From assembly GCF_004010195.1 (NCBI RefSeq), contig NC_057749.1:26627919-26671592 (forward strand): a DNA stretch of 43,674 nt, given 5' to 3'. The stretch is from Chiloscyllium plagiosum. Lineage: Eukaryota. This document shows, piece by piece, positions 11,539-24,227 of this stretch. The translations under genes and the position numbers were made by a program. The notes below the pieces were generated by a model, which was not told where the DNA came from, searched no databases, and worked only from the letters and a program-made list of their open reading frames with translations. How positions within the stretch are numbered: the first letter of the stretch is position 1; every line of letters starts with the position of its first letter.

Positions 11539-11676
11539 CTGAAAAAGACATTATACCGATTAACCTTTCAATTTATTTTGCTTTCATAATGGATAACTTG
11601 CTTGTTTTTCAACCAGTAATTTACTGTTTCTGCACAAGTCAGTAACACATAAAAAAATTTTTGAGACAGCCCAACC

Positions 11677-12276
11677 TGTCAGGAGACCCAAAGAGAAATC
11701 CCTCCACACCTTTACAGATCAGTAGTAAATAATCCAACTACTAGTAAATAATCCAAGGAGAGTGACCAGCTCTGCAAAAGCTCATCTCTTTAGCTGTCTG
11801 TGGTGAAAGGGTTAAAATTGTGTCCCAATACATGTGTGAATCTAACCGAAAATGGAAGGTGTCGCTTAGTCCCGTGTGAATCTTATTATACACCTTCCCG
11901 TGTGAATCTTCTTATCTGTATGTAACCAGAATGGAATGTGTTTTTTAGCCTTGCTCTGCTGTTCACATGAATGTTTATATTTGGAAAAGAGTATATCAGC
12001 TGGAAAAGTCTCCAGTTCGGGGAGTCTGCTCCGGGGTTACGTTTAACCGCCGAGCGTGGGTTGTTGGCAACCGCTCTACGAGAACTGACGGCTCCCAGTT
12101 CCGGTAACATGTAGAGTGAGTATAAGCCAGACCCGTTGTAAGTATGAGACCTGGTTGTGGCGACGCTGCGGGGAATAAAATGCTCATATTCTAGCAGACT
12201 CGCCTCTTGGCTGTTTGTTCTGTGTCAGACTACTTTCCTGCGAGCCTGGTCCTTGACCTTGAGAATTTTGTAAAAC
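11677..12276 (+). mobile_element. Possible solo LTR in a galanin intron
   Basis: Starts tgtcagg. Locally CpG-rich with internal short direct repeats (tagtaaataatccaa x2; cccgtgtgaatctt x2), a TATA-like gtatatc and AATAAA at ~12174. No TSD confirmed and the right boundary is uncertain. Confidence 0.35.
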
Positions 12277-12324
12277 ACTGGCCCAGAATACCCTCCAGTC
12301 AACCATTACCATCAAGTCAAGGCA

Positions 12325-12839
12325 TTAATCGTGATTCAATGGAGAGTGCAGGAGGGCTGGCCAGGAGCAGCACCATGTATACCTCAAAATGAGGTGCCCA
12401 ACTTTCTGAAGCTGTGTGCATGTTAAATAGCAGTGAGTGATAGACAGAGCTAAGGTAACCCCAAGCAACAGATCAGTCTAAGCTCTGCAGTCTTGCCACA
12501 TTTGGTCAAGACTGTTGCTGGACAATTAAACAACTCAGGAGAGGAGGAGTCTCCGCAAATATACCCAGCCTCAGTGATGGAAGAGGCCAGCACGTCAGTG
12601 TAAAAGACAAGGGTGAAACATTCACAGCAATCTTCAGCCTGACGTTCCGAGGGGATGATCCGTTTTGATCTGCTCCATTGGCCCCCAGCCTCACAGATAC
12701 CATGTGATGTTTAGAAACTGTTGGAGGCACTGGATACTGCAAAGGCAATGGGCCCTGACAGCACTGTGGCCATGGCACTGAAGGCTTCTGCTCCAGAACT
12801 CCTGCTAAACTCTTCCAGTACAGTTACAACACTGGCATC
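12325..12839 (+). mobile_element. Degraded non-LTR retrotransposon ORF2 fragment (CR1/L2 group)
   Basis: LDTAKAMGPD...LKASAPEL pre-RT motif, preceded by WTIKQL. Confidence 0.7.
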
Positions 12840-13035
12840 NNNNNNNNNNNNNNNNNNNNNNNNNNNNNNNNNNNNNNNNNNNNNNNNNNNNNNNNNNNNN
12901 NNNNNNNNNNNNNNNNNNNNNNNNNNNNNNNNNNNNNNNNNNNNNNNNNNNNNNNNNNNNNNNNNNNNNNNNNNNNNNNNNNNNNNNNNNNNNNNNNNNN
13001 NNNNNNNNNNNNNNNNNNNNNNNNNNNNNNNNNNN
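12840..13035. other. Assembly gap (others at 23087-23658, 29651-30244, 35979-36364)
   Basis: Runs of N. Confidence 1.
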
Positions 13036-13403
13036 TATAGTGTCCAGGAATGTGCAGGTTAGGGTGTATTGGCCATGCCAAATTGTCCATAGTGTTCAGG
13101 GATGTGTAGGTTAGGGTGTATTGGCCATGCCAAATTGTCCATAGTGTTCAGGGATGTGTAGGTTAGGGTGAATTGGCCATGCAAAATTGTCCATAGTGTT
13201 CAGGGATGTGTCGGTTCTGGTGAATTGGCCATGCCAAATTGTCCATAGTGTTCAGGGATGTGTAGGTTAGGTGCATTAGTCCGTGAGTAAATGTAAATTA
13301 ATAGGGTAGGAGAATGGGTCTGGGTGGGTTACTCTTTGGAGGGTTGGTGTGGACTTGGTGGGCCGTAGGGCCAGTTTCAACACTGTAGGGATTCTATTTC
13401 TAT
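13036..13403 (+). mobile_element. V-SINE 3' half with an internal 52-bp tandem amplification
   Basis: Unit atagtgttcagggatgtgtaggttagggtgtattggccatgccaaattgtcc starts at 13037, 13089, 13141, 13193 and partially at 13245, then the normal SINE tail follows. Confidence 0.85.
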
Positions 13404-13634
13404 ATAAATCTACAGATGACCTGATAGTAATAAGTCATTGAGGGAAAAATCAGAGAATGTTCCCACTTTCAAACATTCACATCCACATTTTAAAGATTTT
13501 TTTTTCAATTGACATTACTCCAGGCAGAGGAACATCAAATGTAGGCTGATCTCCCCCTCCAGAAAAACTCACTCGCACCCCAATTAATCCAATTTAGTTC
13601 CATCAAAATTGCTTTGAAGCATAAAGATAATTAC

Positions 13635-13715
13635 CATGATCACTAAGCCAAAACTTTCGGTCACTAATCCACAAAGTATCAAAGACATACAGATCAGGGT
13701 CCTGTCTTTATACAT
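13635..13715 (-). CDS. GAL: Galanin-family prepropeptide, first coding exon (signal peptide [27 protein letters not shown])
   Basis: 81 nt starting with ATG directly after a strong acceptor (ttctttcttttctcttttag) and ending at ATG|gtaatt. Hydrophobic signal-like peptide. Same layout as mammalian GAL exon 2. GAL versus GALP/paralog identity is not resolved. Confidence 0.92.
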
Positions 13716-14286
13716 CTAAAAGAGAAAAGAAAGAATATTACATGTTATAGAATATAAAATGAGAGGCACCTGTGTTTCATACTGGGGTTGTGTCAGGCAG
13801 GAGTGAAGCTGCCTCAGCAAGATCGTCTGTTACCTCTTCCAGTGCCTCTAACCCAGTCAACGTTCCATTTACAAGTATTGATAATCAAAAGAAACATGTT
13901 AAAGCATTTTAACATTGGCATTAAATTTGAATATTGAAACAGTTGGCGGATTTGCTTTAAATGTTTAATGTTTTCTCCCCACAGTATTGGTCAGTTCACC
14001 AACAAATAGTGAGGAGGAAGTTGGTGAAGGACAAGTGCAGGGAATGAGGGGGAACATGAGGTTTGATGAGGGAGAATAGTGGTAAGGGATAATGCAGAGA
14101 ATAGGGTGAGGGGGTTATAGGGTAGCGTGAGGGAGTTACAAGCGGACATGAGAGGGATATGTGTGGAGTAGGAAGTTGGGGTGAAGTTGAGGGGACAGTT
14201 AGGGCAATAAAGTGAGGGACACAGTGAGGGAGGGGCAAAACAGTGAGGGAGACAGTGAGGGAGGGTGCAATACAGCGAGGGAGACA

Positions 14287-17200
14287 CGACAGCGAGGGCG
14301 ACAGCGAGGGCGACAGCGAGGGCGACAGCGAGGGCGACAGCGAGGGCGACAGCGAGGGCGACAGCGAGGGCGACAGCGAGGGCGACAGCGAGGGCGACAG
14401 CGAGGGCGACAGCGAGGGCGACAGCGAGGGCGACAGCGAGGGCGACAGCGAGGGCGACAGCGAGGGCGACAGCGAGGGCGACAGCGAGGGCGACAGCGAG
14501 GGCGACAGCGAGGGCGACAGCGAGGGCGACAGCGAGGGCGACAGCGAGGGCGACAGCGAGGGCGACAGCGAGGGCGACAGCGAGGGCGACAGCGAGGGCG
14601 ACAGCGAGGGCGACAGCGAGGGCGACAGCGAGGGCGACAGCGAGGGCGACAGCGAGGGCGACAGCGAGGGCGACAGCGAGGGCGACAGCGAGGGCGACAG
14701 CGAGGGCGACAGCGAGGGCGACAGCGAGGGCGACAGCGAGGGCGACAGCGAGGGCGACAGCGAGGGCGACAGCGAGGGCGACAGCGAGGGCGACAGCGAG
14801 GGCGACAGCGAGGGCGACAGCGAGGGCGACAGCGAGGGCGACAGCGAGGGCGACAGCGAGGGCGACAGCGAGGGCGACAGCGAGGGCGACAGCGAGGGCG
14901 ACAGCGAGGGCGACAGCGAGGGCGACAGCGAGGGCGACAGCGAGGGCGACAGCGAGGGCGACAGCGAGGGCGACAGCGAGGGCGACAGCGAGGGCGACAG
15001 CGAGGGCGACAGCGAGGGCGACAGCGAGGGCGACAGCGAGGGCGACAGCGAGGGCGACAGCGAGGGCGACAGCGAGGGCGACAGCGAGGGCGACAGCGAG
15101 GGCGACAGCGAGGGCGACAGCGAGGGCGACAGCGAGGGCGACAGCGAGGGCGACAGCGAGGGCGACAGCGAGGGCGACAGCGAGGGCGACAGCGAGGGCG
15201 ACAGCGAGGGCGACAGCGAGGGCGACAGCGAGGGCGACAGCGAGGGCGACAGCGAGGGCGACAGCGAGGGCGACAGCGAGGGCGACAGCGAGGGCGACAG
15301 CGAGGGCGACAGCGAGGGCGACAGCGAGGGCGACAGCGAGGGCGACAGCGAGGGCGACAGCGAGGGCGACAGCGAGGGCGACAGCGAGGGCGACAGCGAG
15401 GGCGACAGCGAGGGCGACAGCGAGGGCGACAGCGAGGGCGACAGCGAGGGCGACAGCGAGGGCGACAGCGAGGGCGACAGCGAGGGCGACAGCGAGGGCG
15501 ACAGCGAGGGCGACAGCGAGGGCGACAGCGAGGGCGACAGCGAGGGCGACAGCGAGGGCGACAGCGAGGGCGACAGCGAGGGCGACAGCGAGGGCGACAG
15601 CGAGGGCGACAGCGAGGGCGACAGCGAGGGCGACAGCGAGGGCGACAGCGAGGGCGACAGCGAGGGCGACAGCGAGGGCGACAGCGAGGGCGACAGCGAG
15701 GGCGACAGCGAGGGCGACAGCGAGGGCGACAGCGAGGGCGACAGCGAGGGCGACAGCGAGGGCGACAGCGAGGGCGACAGCGAGGGCGACAGCGAGGGCG
15801 ACAGCGAGGGCGACAGCGAGGGCGACAGCGAGGGCGACAGCGAGGGCGACAGCGAGGGCGACAGCGAGGGCGACAGCGAGGGCGACAGCGAGGGCGACAG
15901 CGAGGGCGACAGCGAGGGCGACAGCGAGGGCGACAGCGAGGGCGACAGCGAGGGCGACAGCGAGGGCGACAGCGAGGGCGACAGCGAGGGCGACAGCGAG
16001 GGCGACAGCGAGGGCGACAGCGAGGGCGACAGCGAGGGCGACAGCGAGGGCGACAGCGAGGGCGACAGCGAGGGCGACAGCGAGGGCGACAGCGAGGGCG
16101 ACAGCGAGGGCGACAGCGAGGGCGACAGCGAGGGCGACAGCGAGGGCGACAGCGAGGGCGACAGCGAGGGCGACAGCGAGGGCGACAGCGAGGGCGACAG
16201 CGAGGGCGACAGCGAGGGCGACAGCGAGGGCGACAGCGAGGGCGACAGCGAGGGCGACAGCGAGGGCGACAGCGAGGGCGACAGCGAGGGCGACAGCGAG
16301 GGCGACAGCGAGGGCGACAGCGAGGGCGACAGCGAGGGCGACAGCGAGGGCGACAGCGAGGGCGACAGCGAGGGCGACAGCGAGGGCGACAGCGAGGGCG
16401 ACAGCGAGGGCGACAGCGAGGGCGACAGCGAGGGCGACAGCGAGGGCGACAGCGAGGGCGACAGCGAGGGCGACAGCGAGGGCGACAGCGAGGGCGACAG
16501 CGAGGGCGACAGCGAGGGCGACAGCGAGGGCGACAGCGAGGGCGACAGCGAGGGCGACAGCGAGGGCGACAGCGAGGGCGACAGCGAGGGCGACAGCGAG
16601 GGCGACAGCGAGGGCGACAGCGAGGGCGACAGCGAGGGCGACAGCGAGGGCGACAGCGAGGGCGACAGCGAGGGCGACAGCGAGGGCGACAGCGAGGGCG
16701 ACAGCGAGGGCGACAGCGAGGGCGACAGCGAGGGCGACAGCGAGGGCGACAGCGAGGGCGACAGCGAGGGCGACAGCGAGGGCGACAGCGAGGGCGACAG
16801 CGAGGGCGACAGCGAGGGCGACAGCGAGGGCGACAGCGAGGGCGACAGCGAGGGCGACAGCGAGGGCGACAGCGAGGGCGACAGCGAGGGCGACAGCGAG
16901 GGCGACAGCGAGGGCGACAGCGAGGGCGACAGCGAGGGCGACAGCGAGGGCGACAGCGAGGGCGACAGCGAGGGCGACAGCGAGGGCGACAGCGAGGGCG
17001 ACAGCGAGGGCGACAGCGAGGGCGACAGCGAGGGCGACAGCGAGGGCGACAGCGAGGGCGACAGCGAGGGCGACAGCGAGGGCGACAGCGAGGGCGACAG
17101 CGAGGGCGACAGCGAGGGCGACAGCGAGGGCGACAGCGAGGGCGACAGCGAGGGCGACAGCGAGGGCGACAGCGAGGGCGACAGCGAGGGCGACAGCGAG

Positions 17201-17670
17201 GGCGACAGCGAGGGCGACAGCGAGGGCGACAGCGAGGGCGACAGCGAGGGCGACAGCGAGGGCGACAGCGAGGGCGACAGCGAGGGCGACAGCGAGGGCG
17301 ACAGCGAGGGCGACAGCGAGGGCGACAGCGAGGGCGACAGCGAGGGCGACAGCGAGGGCGACAGCGAGGGCGACAGCGAGGGCGACAGCGAGGGCGACAG
17401 CGAGGGCGACAGCGAGGGCGACAGCGAGGGCGACAGCGAGGGCGACAGCGAGGGCGACAGCGAGGGCGACAGCGAGGGCGACAGCGAGGGCGACAGCGAG
17501 GGCGACAGCGAGGGCGACAGCGAGGGCGACAGCGAGGGCGACAGCGAGGGCGACAGCGAGGGCGACAGCGAGGGCGACAGCGAGGGCGACAGCGAGGGCG
17601 ACAGCGAGGGCGACAGCGAGGGCGACAGCGAGGGCGACAGCGAGGGCGACAGCGAGGGCGACAGCGAGGG
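14287..17670. repeat. Perfect tandem array (CGACAGCGAGGG)n, about 282 copies
   Basis: 3384 bp with no visible variant until 17671. Confidence 0.97.
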
Positions 17671-18326
17671 AGACAGCGAGGGCGACAGCGAGGGCGACAG
17701 CGAGGGCGACAGCGAGGGCGACAGTGAGGGAGGGGGCAATACTGCGAGGGAGACAGTGAGGGCGACAGTGAGGGAGACAGCGAGGGCGACAGCGAGGGCG
17801 ACAGCGAGGGCGACAGCGAGGGCGACAGTGAGGGAGGGGGCAATACTGTGAGGGAGACAGTGAGGGAAGGGGCAATACTGCGAGGGAGACAGCGAGGGCG
17901 ACAGCGAGGGCGACAGCGAGGGCGACAGCGAGGGCGACAGTGAGGGAGGGGGCAATACTGTGAGGGAGACAGTGAGGGAGTCAGTGAGGGAAGGGGCAAT
18001 ACTGCGAGGGAGACAGCGAGGGAGACAGCGAGGGCGACAGTGAGGACGACAGTGAGGGATGGGGCAATACTGCGAGGGAGACAGTGAGGGAGACAGTGAG
18101 GGAGGGTGCAATACTGCGAGGGAGACAGTGAGGGAGACAGCGAGGGAGACAGCGAGGGAGACAGCGAGGGCGACAGCGAGGGAGGGGGCAATACTGCGAG
18201 GGAGACAGTGAGGGAGACAGTGAGGGAGGGTGCAATACTGCGAGGGAGACAGTGAGGGAGACAGTGAGGGAGGGGGCAATACTGCGAGGGAGACAGTGAG
18301 GGCGACAGTGAGGGAGACAGTGAGGA
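17671..18326. repeat. Degenerate flank of the array (gacagtgaggga variants plus gggggcaatactgcgaggga units); a shorter flank lies at 14210-14286
   Basis: Mixed 12-bp and 20-bp units visible. Confidence 0.9.
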
Positions 18327-18404
18327 AAGAACAATGGCCTTGATGCTCCAAGAGCAGAGTGAGACAGACAATATTCACTGAAGGGGCAGCGCTCTGACAG
18401 CCTG

Positions 18405-18492
18405 TGGTTTCAAATAAACCTGCTGGACTATAGCTTGGTCACGTGAGTTTTGGCTTTGTCCACCTCAGTCCAACATCAGCACCTCCACATCA
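18405..18492 (+). mobile_element. Penelope family A terminal/tail remnant
   Basis: caaataaacctgctggactatagc...cagtccaacatcagcacctccacatca matches 6478-6560. Confidence 0.65.
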
Positions 18493-20107
18493 GACCTTCT
18501 GTTAATCATTATCCAAATTTCAAGCATGATAATAATGGTCACCATAGCCCTTTGGAATTCCAAAACTCAATGAGGTATGAAGGGTCTAACTCCAAGCTCA
18601 ATTTTCATCACCATTTTGAATCCAGATAACTCAATGTCTCAGTGTTAAATGTTCTCCTGAGAAAAGCAACAACTTTGGTTAAATAAAATCAGCTGATTTT
18701 TCTATTCTTCTGTCAACTTGCACTTCTGCTGCAGTCACCATTATGCCTCTCTGAAACAAGCAACCTCATATACCAGCCCGAATCCAGACACACACATACA
18801 CAGTTTGTAATGACACTGAGCTGATGCAAGAACAGCAATTAGAAACATCTGACATAAATACTCAAATGTATTAAAATAATTTTACCTTTATCCGGAGGAA
18901 GAAAAATACTGAAGATTATTTTCCTAAGTTTAAAATAATTACACGAAAAATGTGATTTGTCAAACAATAGCTTCAACTATAGTCTAGTGCGAAGCCCAGC
19001 CACAAAGTTCTGAGTTGCAATGTACGAATATGTGAGAAAAACGAGAGAAGCGTATTTATCTGTGGAAAAGAAATAGCGTCCTCATTATGTTTTTTTTACG
19101 TAAATGCATTCAAATTTTGAACAGCATAAAAGCCTCATCATTAAAGCATGTGCGATGTTTCAGCTATAATCTCTGACAGGGAAATGGAGGTAATTATTAA
19201 TAATTGACTGGTGTTCATGCTGGAGGTTAACAGGAAAGTGTTTTTTTTTAAAAGAAGTTTTTTTCGGTAAGCTGGAGGAGGATGAGGATCAGTGTCAAAA
19301 TGTGTCAGAATCGTCACAATGATTATAAATTGCAGAGTAGAGTCAGACCAAAGTAGAAATAAAAGGGAGCTTTGTTCAAATATGGAACTAAAATGAAAAG
19401 TCACAAAGAAAACCAGTGAAAAGGGCGAAATGGAATGTGCAGTGAATGAAAGTTGTGGAGAAACAGGGAAATGAAAACCTAATGACAGAAGAAAACCAAA
19501 AAGCAAACCACATAAGAAAATAAACAGATTCTGAAAATTATTAAACAATGAAATAAGAAAAAAGGATCTATAAAACTGAATGATTAAACAGGGGAAAAGA
19601 AGCAAAATGAAAGATAAAGAATAATCGAGATAAAATACAACAAAACAGAAGATCGTGAAACAAAAGAGGAAAGAATTTTCATGTTTCATAAAGAAAAAAA
19701 ACAGAATTCAATGAAAAGTAATTCCTAGTTAACCCAAAATTAAAACATTCCGTAAGAAATAATGTTAATAGGAAAAATCTGATTGTATAAATCAAACCGA
19801 TGAAAAACAGACAGTTATAGTCAGTGCAACAGAACAATGTAGCTCAGAATACTATGTGTGACTTTAGAGTAGATACAGTGTTCTTGGGGCTAAGTGAGTG
19901 GGGGCAGTAAGGTATGAAGCTGGGAGATATGAAGTTTTGGTCATTAAGGAGGATGAGGAAAAGGCTAGTTGTGGCCTCTCAAGGCTAGTTTTGGAAATAC
20001 TTTCACTCACTTGGTCACACAGCAATCTCTCAATTACCTCTCACTGCCCAAATATCCAATTGTCTCTTCCTCCCCTCAGCACTGTCAATCCGTGTGATAC
20101 AAATAGG

Positions 20108-20290
20108 TGGAAGTGAGGACTGCAGATGCTGGAGATCAGAGTCCATCACAATTTGGACCAAACTCACTACCAGTCACATCTCCTTCCTCAGTGCCTGCCT
20201 ACAGAACTGACTGATCCCACATTGATGCCAGACTACTTTCAGACCATCTGCTTGGCCTGCTGCACTTTTCCAGCACCACACTTTTCAACT
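20108..20290. mobile_element. Penelope family B terminal remnants (inverted tail plus terminus)
   Basis: aagtgaggactgcagatgctggagatcagagtc and cctgctgcacttttccagcacc. Confidence 0.55.
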
Positions 20291-20744
20291 GTCCAACTTC
20301 ATCACCAGCAGGGGGAGGTATTGTCCTTCATGTTCTGTGGACGCAAATGGAAACACCACACAAAGGCAGTATTTTGGACCTCAAACTTTGCATGAATGCC
20401 ATGAAATTTACACACAGAAACTGACCATTCAGCTGAACTGATACATGCTGTGATGTAAGTTCTACATGAAGCTCCTCAATTAGCCTAATCACCTTAGCAA
20501 TGTCTTGAAAAGACTCTGTTTCTGCAGTAGTTACAGCTAGTGGCCAAAGTAATGCAGCAATTACAATATGAGGCTGCTATCTTTTTAAGAATTTCTTTTC
20601 AGTAATGTGTCTAGGAGACAATGAGCATTCATTATATGTGAAGTCATTCATTCACAAAAACAATTTCATTTGTATAGCATCTTAGATGTAGAACACATTC
20701 CAACGTGTTCACACAGAGTTTACAAAGAATATACAGGCATTTGG

Positions 20745-21530
20745 AGAATATGTAGAAACAGGCCATTTAGTTCAATCAGTCTGTGTTGTTATTTAAACCT
20801 CACTAAAGTTTCCTTCCTCATCCAATTCTATTAAAGCAACACCTTCTGTTCCCTTCTCCCTTGTGGGTTTGTTTAGCTTCCTCCTTAAATGCATCTATTA
20901 CATTTGTCTCACTACACCCTGTGGGAGTCACCCTGCGAAGGTGTCTATTCAGAATTCCCCATTTGAATTCTTCATGGATATCTGAAATTGGTGGACTTTA
21001 GGTTTCCTCTTTCTCACCAATGGAAACATTGTCTCTGTGTCTACTCTCCAAAACCAGCCACAATTTCAAAGACCTCAATGTGACAGCTCGGGCTTCACAT
21101 GTTCTCACTGGCTGCATTGCTGGTGCTATCCTCGTATATCTTTACTGTGTCATCTCGTAGAAACCAGAGCTATAGGCTGTACTACACTGTTTTGGAACTA
21201 AGATTAATGCAGACCAACATAACTCCTCTATTTTTCAGTTATTAAACTCTACAAGTAACCCCTAAATCTTAGATCACTATTGTTACTTGATCTGTACCTA
21301 GGTACCTTGTACCTAAGATGACACTAAGTGGCAAATTGTAAACTTTGCACTGTAGTCATTTGAGTACATGTCACAATAAAGCTAATTCAAACTATGGCTT
21401 TATTTAACCTTTGCCACAACATTCAGTGATTTGTGCTTTAGTCAGTGAAATTCCTTTGTTCCTCTACCATATGTAGATTCTTAATTTCCAGCAAGTGACT
21501 TCCTTAATTTTCAGACCAAATCGTAATACC
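20745..21530 (-). mobile_element. Highly degraded CR1-like 3' fragment
   Basis: gaaacaggccatttag...ttaaatgcatcta 3' UTR-like start with weak similarity to the other minus-strand CR1 copies. Confidence 0.4.
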
Positions 21531-22977
21531 TCATTAATCGGGTTTTAATTCACTGTTGTCCCTTATTGTGAGAAAAATGGACACTTATCCAATGAGATTT
21601 TTAAAGGAAAAGAGAGATGTAACTATGAAAAAGCAAACTGAAACAGGAAGGGAAATGAAGCTGGTACTAATGTAGCTCAGGAACAGCACTGAACTCTGTA
21701 GGTAGTGAGACGATGATCTGCTGTGCCTTCTGGGAGGGGAAGGTGATGGAAATACCAGGGTGAAAGCTGTTTTCACTTCAGTAAAAAGTTTAAGTTCATA
21801 GTTAACATTATGGTAGATGCTTTGAGTGTAGCTCCACTAATTTTGCAAACAATACCAGGAACCTTATTCAGATAAAAATGTTATTGTACTGATCTGTACT
21901 TACAAAATACAGAAGGCTCTCCATCCGCTGTTATGATAATTAATTTGGATATTTTCTCTCTACAATGATATCTTATGCTAAATGAATCCGTTCAGTTCTA
22001 TAAAACAACACTGAACCATTTCCACTCATAGGTACTAGCCATGGATAGTAAATGTTCCATTTCAGAGCACATTAACAATAAAGTAATCAAATACATCACA
22101 ATAGATTCCCATCTCTCAATGGAATGTTTCTTTCTTTCAGTATTTGTTACCCTTTATTTCCACTGGTAATTTTTGAAATTAAATGGGAGCAATAAAAATT
22201 CCTGACAGACAACAGGAAACAGTTTGACAGTCTGAGTGTGATAGCTGCTTGACAGCAAGTGAGAGACCTTCCAGAAGGTGGTTTGACCTCAGCAAAACGG
22301 GTAAGCACAGCAGGGTTTTCAGTGGAAAAACTACTTTCATTCCAGTTATTTTTAAACATGCCTTTAATCTAATGATAATTTTATGAATGCCAATCTCACA
22401 TAATGTTTTACTGAGATTGTTTGGTATAATCTATAAAGGGGAAATTTTAAACTGTAAACTATTTGCATAATTTCTTGTTTTTCTCGATGCATCCTTGCTC
22501 TTTATATACAGACATTGTGGAACGATCTGTGCACGAGCTCAGTCAGATAGCCGTTAGGTTACATCGCTCAATATTTCTATTTCACCTCATCTGACCCCAT
22601 TTTAAACCCAGCTCCAAATAATCCTTTGCAGGTCAGTGACAATTTAAACATAAAACACTTCCCAGAATAACTCCAGCTCCTTCTCTCCCTCACTGCCATT
22701 CCCCCAAATCACCTTCACTTTCACCCCCATCCTCCCACTTCTCCCTCATCCCAATCCCACCCCCCACGTCTTCCTCACCTACCTCCTTCACTTCTTATCC
22801 AGGCCTGAACAGAGTTCATTATTTAGGCAGCTAAGATCCATGTGACCCATTCAGTTGCCAATGAAAAGCCTAATGATTATTTTATTGAATTTGGTGCAGC
22901 GTTGCATAACAATCATTAAACCTGGTGGGGGAATGGAAATTTACGATAAACCTTTACTATAATATATTTTACTTTAA

Positions 22978-23958
22978 TATAAACATTTACTATAAACCGA
23001 CTGACTCCCACAGCTACCTAGACTACACCTCCTCCCACCCTGCCCCCTGTAAAAACGCCATCCCATATTCCCAATTCCTTCGTCTCNNNNNNNNNNNNNN
23101 NNNNNNNNNNNNNNNNNNNNNNNNNNNNNNNNNNNNNNNNNNNNNNNNNNNNNNNNNNNNNNNNNNNNNNNNNNNNNNNNNNNNNNNNNNNNNNNNNNNN
23201 NNNNNNNNNNNNNNNNNNNNNNNNNNNNNNNNNNNNNNNNNNNNNNNNNNNNNNNNNNNNNNNNNNNNNNNNNNNNNNNNNNNNNNNNNNNNNNNNNNNN
23301 NNNNNNNNNNNNNNNNNNNNNNNNNNNNNNNNNNNNNNNNNNNNNNNNNNNNNNNNNNNNNNNNNNNNNNNNNNNNNNNNNNNNNNNNNNNNNNNNNNNN
23401 NNNNNNNNNNNNNNNNNNNNNNNNNNNNNNNNNNNNNNNNNNNNNNNNNNNNNNNNNNNNNNNNNNNNNNNNNNNNNNNNNNNNNNNNNNNNNNNNNNNN
23501 NNNNNNNNNNNNNNNNNNNNNNNNNNNNNNNNNNNNNNNNNNNNNNNNNNNNNNNNNNNNNNNNNNNNNNNNNNNNNNNNNNNNNNNNNNNNNNNNNNNN
23601 NNNNNNNNNNNNNNNNNNNNNNNNNNNNNNNNNNNNNNNNNNNNNNNNNNNNNNNNNNCTCAGCACTGCCTTCCTAACCTGCAATCTTCTTCCTGACCTC
23701 TCCGCCCCCACCCCACTCCGGCCTATCACTCTCACCTTGACCTCCTTCCACATATCGCATTTCCAACGCCTCTCCCCCAAGTCCCTCCTCCCTACCTTTT
23801 ATCTTAGCCTGCTGGACACACTTTCTTCATTCCTGAAGAAGGGCTCATTCCCAAAACGTCGATTCTCCTGCTCCTTGGATGCTGCCTGACCTGCTGCGCT
23901 TTTCCAGCAACACATTTTCAGCTCTGATCTCCAGCATCTGCAGTCCTCATTTTCTCCC
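22978..23958 (+). mobile_element. Young 5'-truncated Penelope-like element (family B), gapped
   Basis: IYYKPTDSHSYLDYTSSHPAPCKNAIPYSQFLRL is a PLE RT C-terminal motif. The terminus has CTGAAGA-gggctcattccc-aaaacgtc (core mutated) and the tail. Confidence 0.85.
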
Positions 23959-24227
23959 CGGGGGAATGGAAAAGGCAGTTTTACAATAAGGTGCAAACTT
24001 TCCTTAAGTATTTCTTCAGGCCTGTAGCACATGTGTGTAGAATGCCCAGTGGCAAATCATCAAGGCTTCTTCAAAGTACAGCACCTCGTAGGTCTGCAAG
24101 CTCCAGCGTTTGCTAAAAAGGACAAGGAGAGATTATCATTCACCCCACCGTAGGAACTAAGGTCATACATTGATTGGACAGAGTGCGTTTAAGATCCTGT
24201 CCCTGTAGGTCATTCATGAAATATTCT

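Noticed and set aside
13991..18378. Six ORFs of 1164-1460 aa (poly-VALA, SPSL, CRPR, RGRQ, EGDS, ATAR), superficially like antifreeze or acidic matrix proteins
   Set aside because: All are translations of one stop-free 12-mer array, with no synonymous variation and no unique domain.
19141..19689. 182-aa F/L-rich 'membrane' ORF
   Set aside because: Antisense reading of an A-rich low-complexity tract with no recognisable motif.
22229..22556. Plus-strand exon-like pieces (…AAAACGG|gtaagc at ~22300; acceptor at ~22511)
   Set aside because: Weak acceptors and no recognisable protein or start. A non-coding or antisense transcript cannot be excluded.
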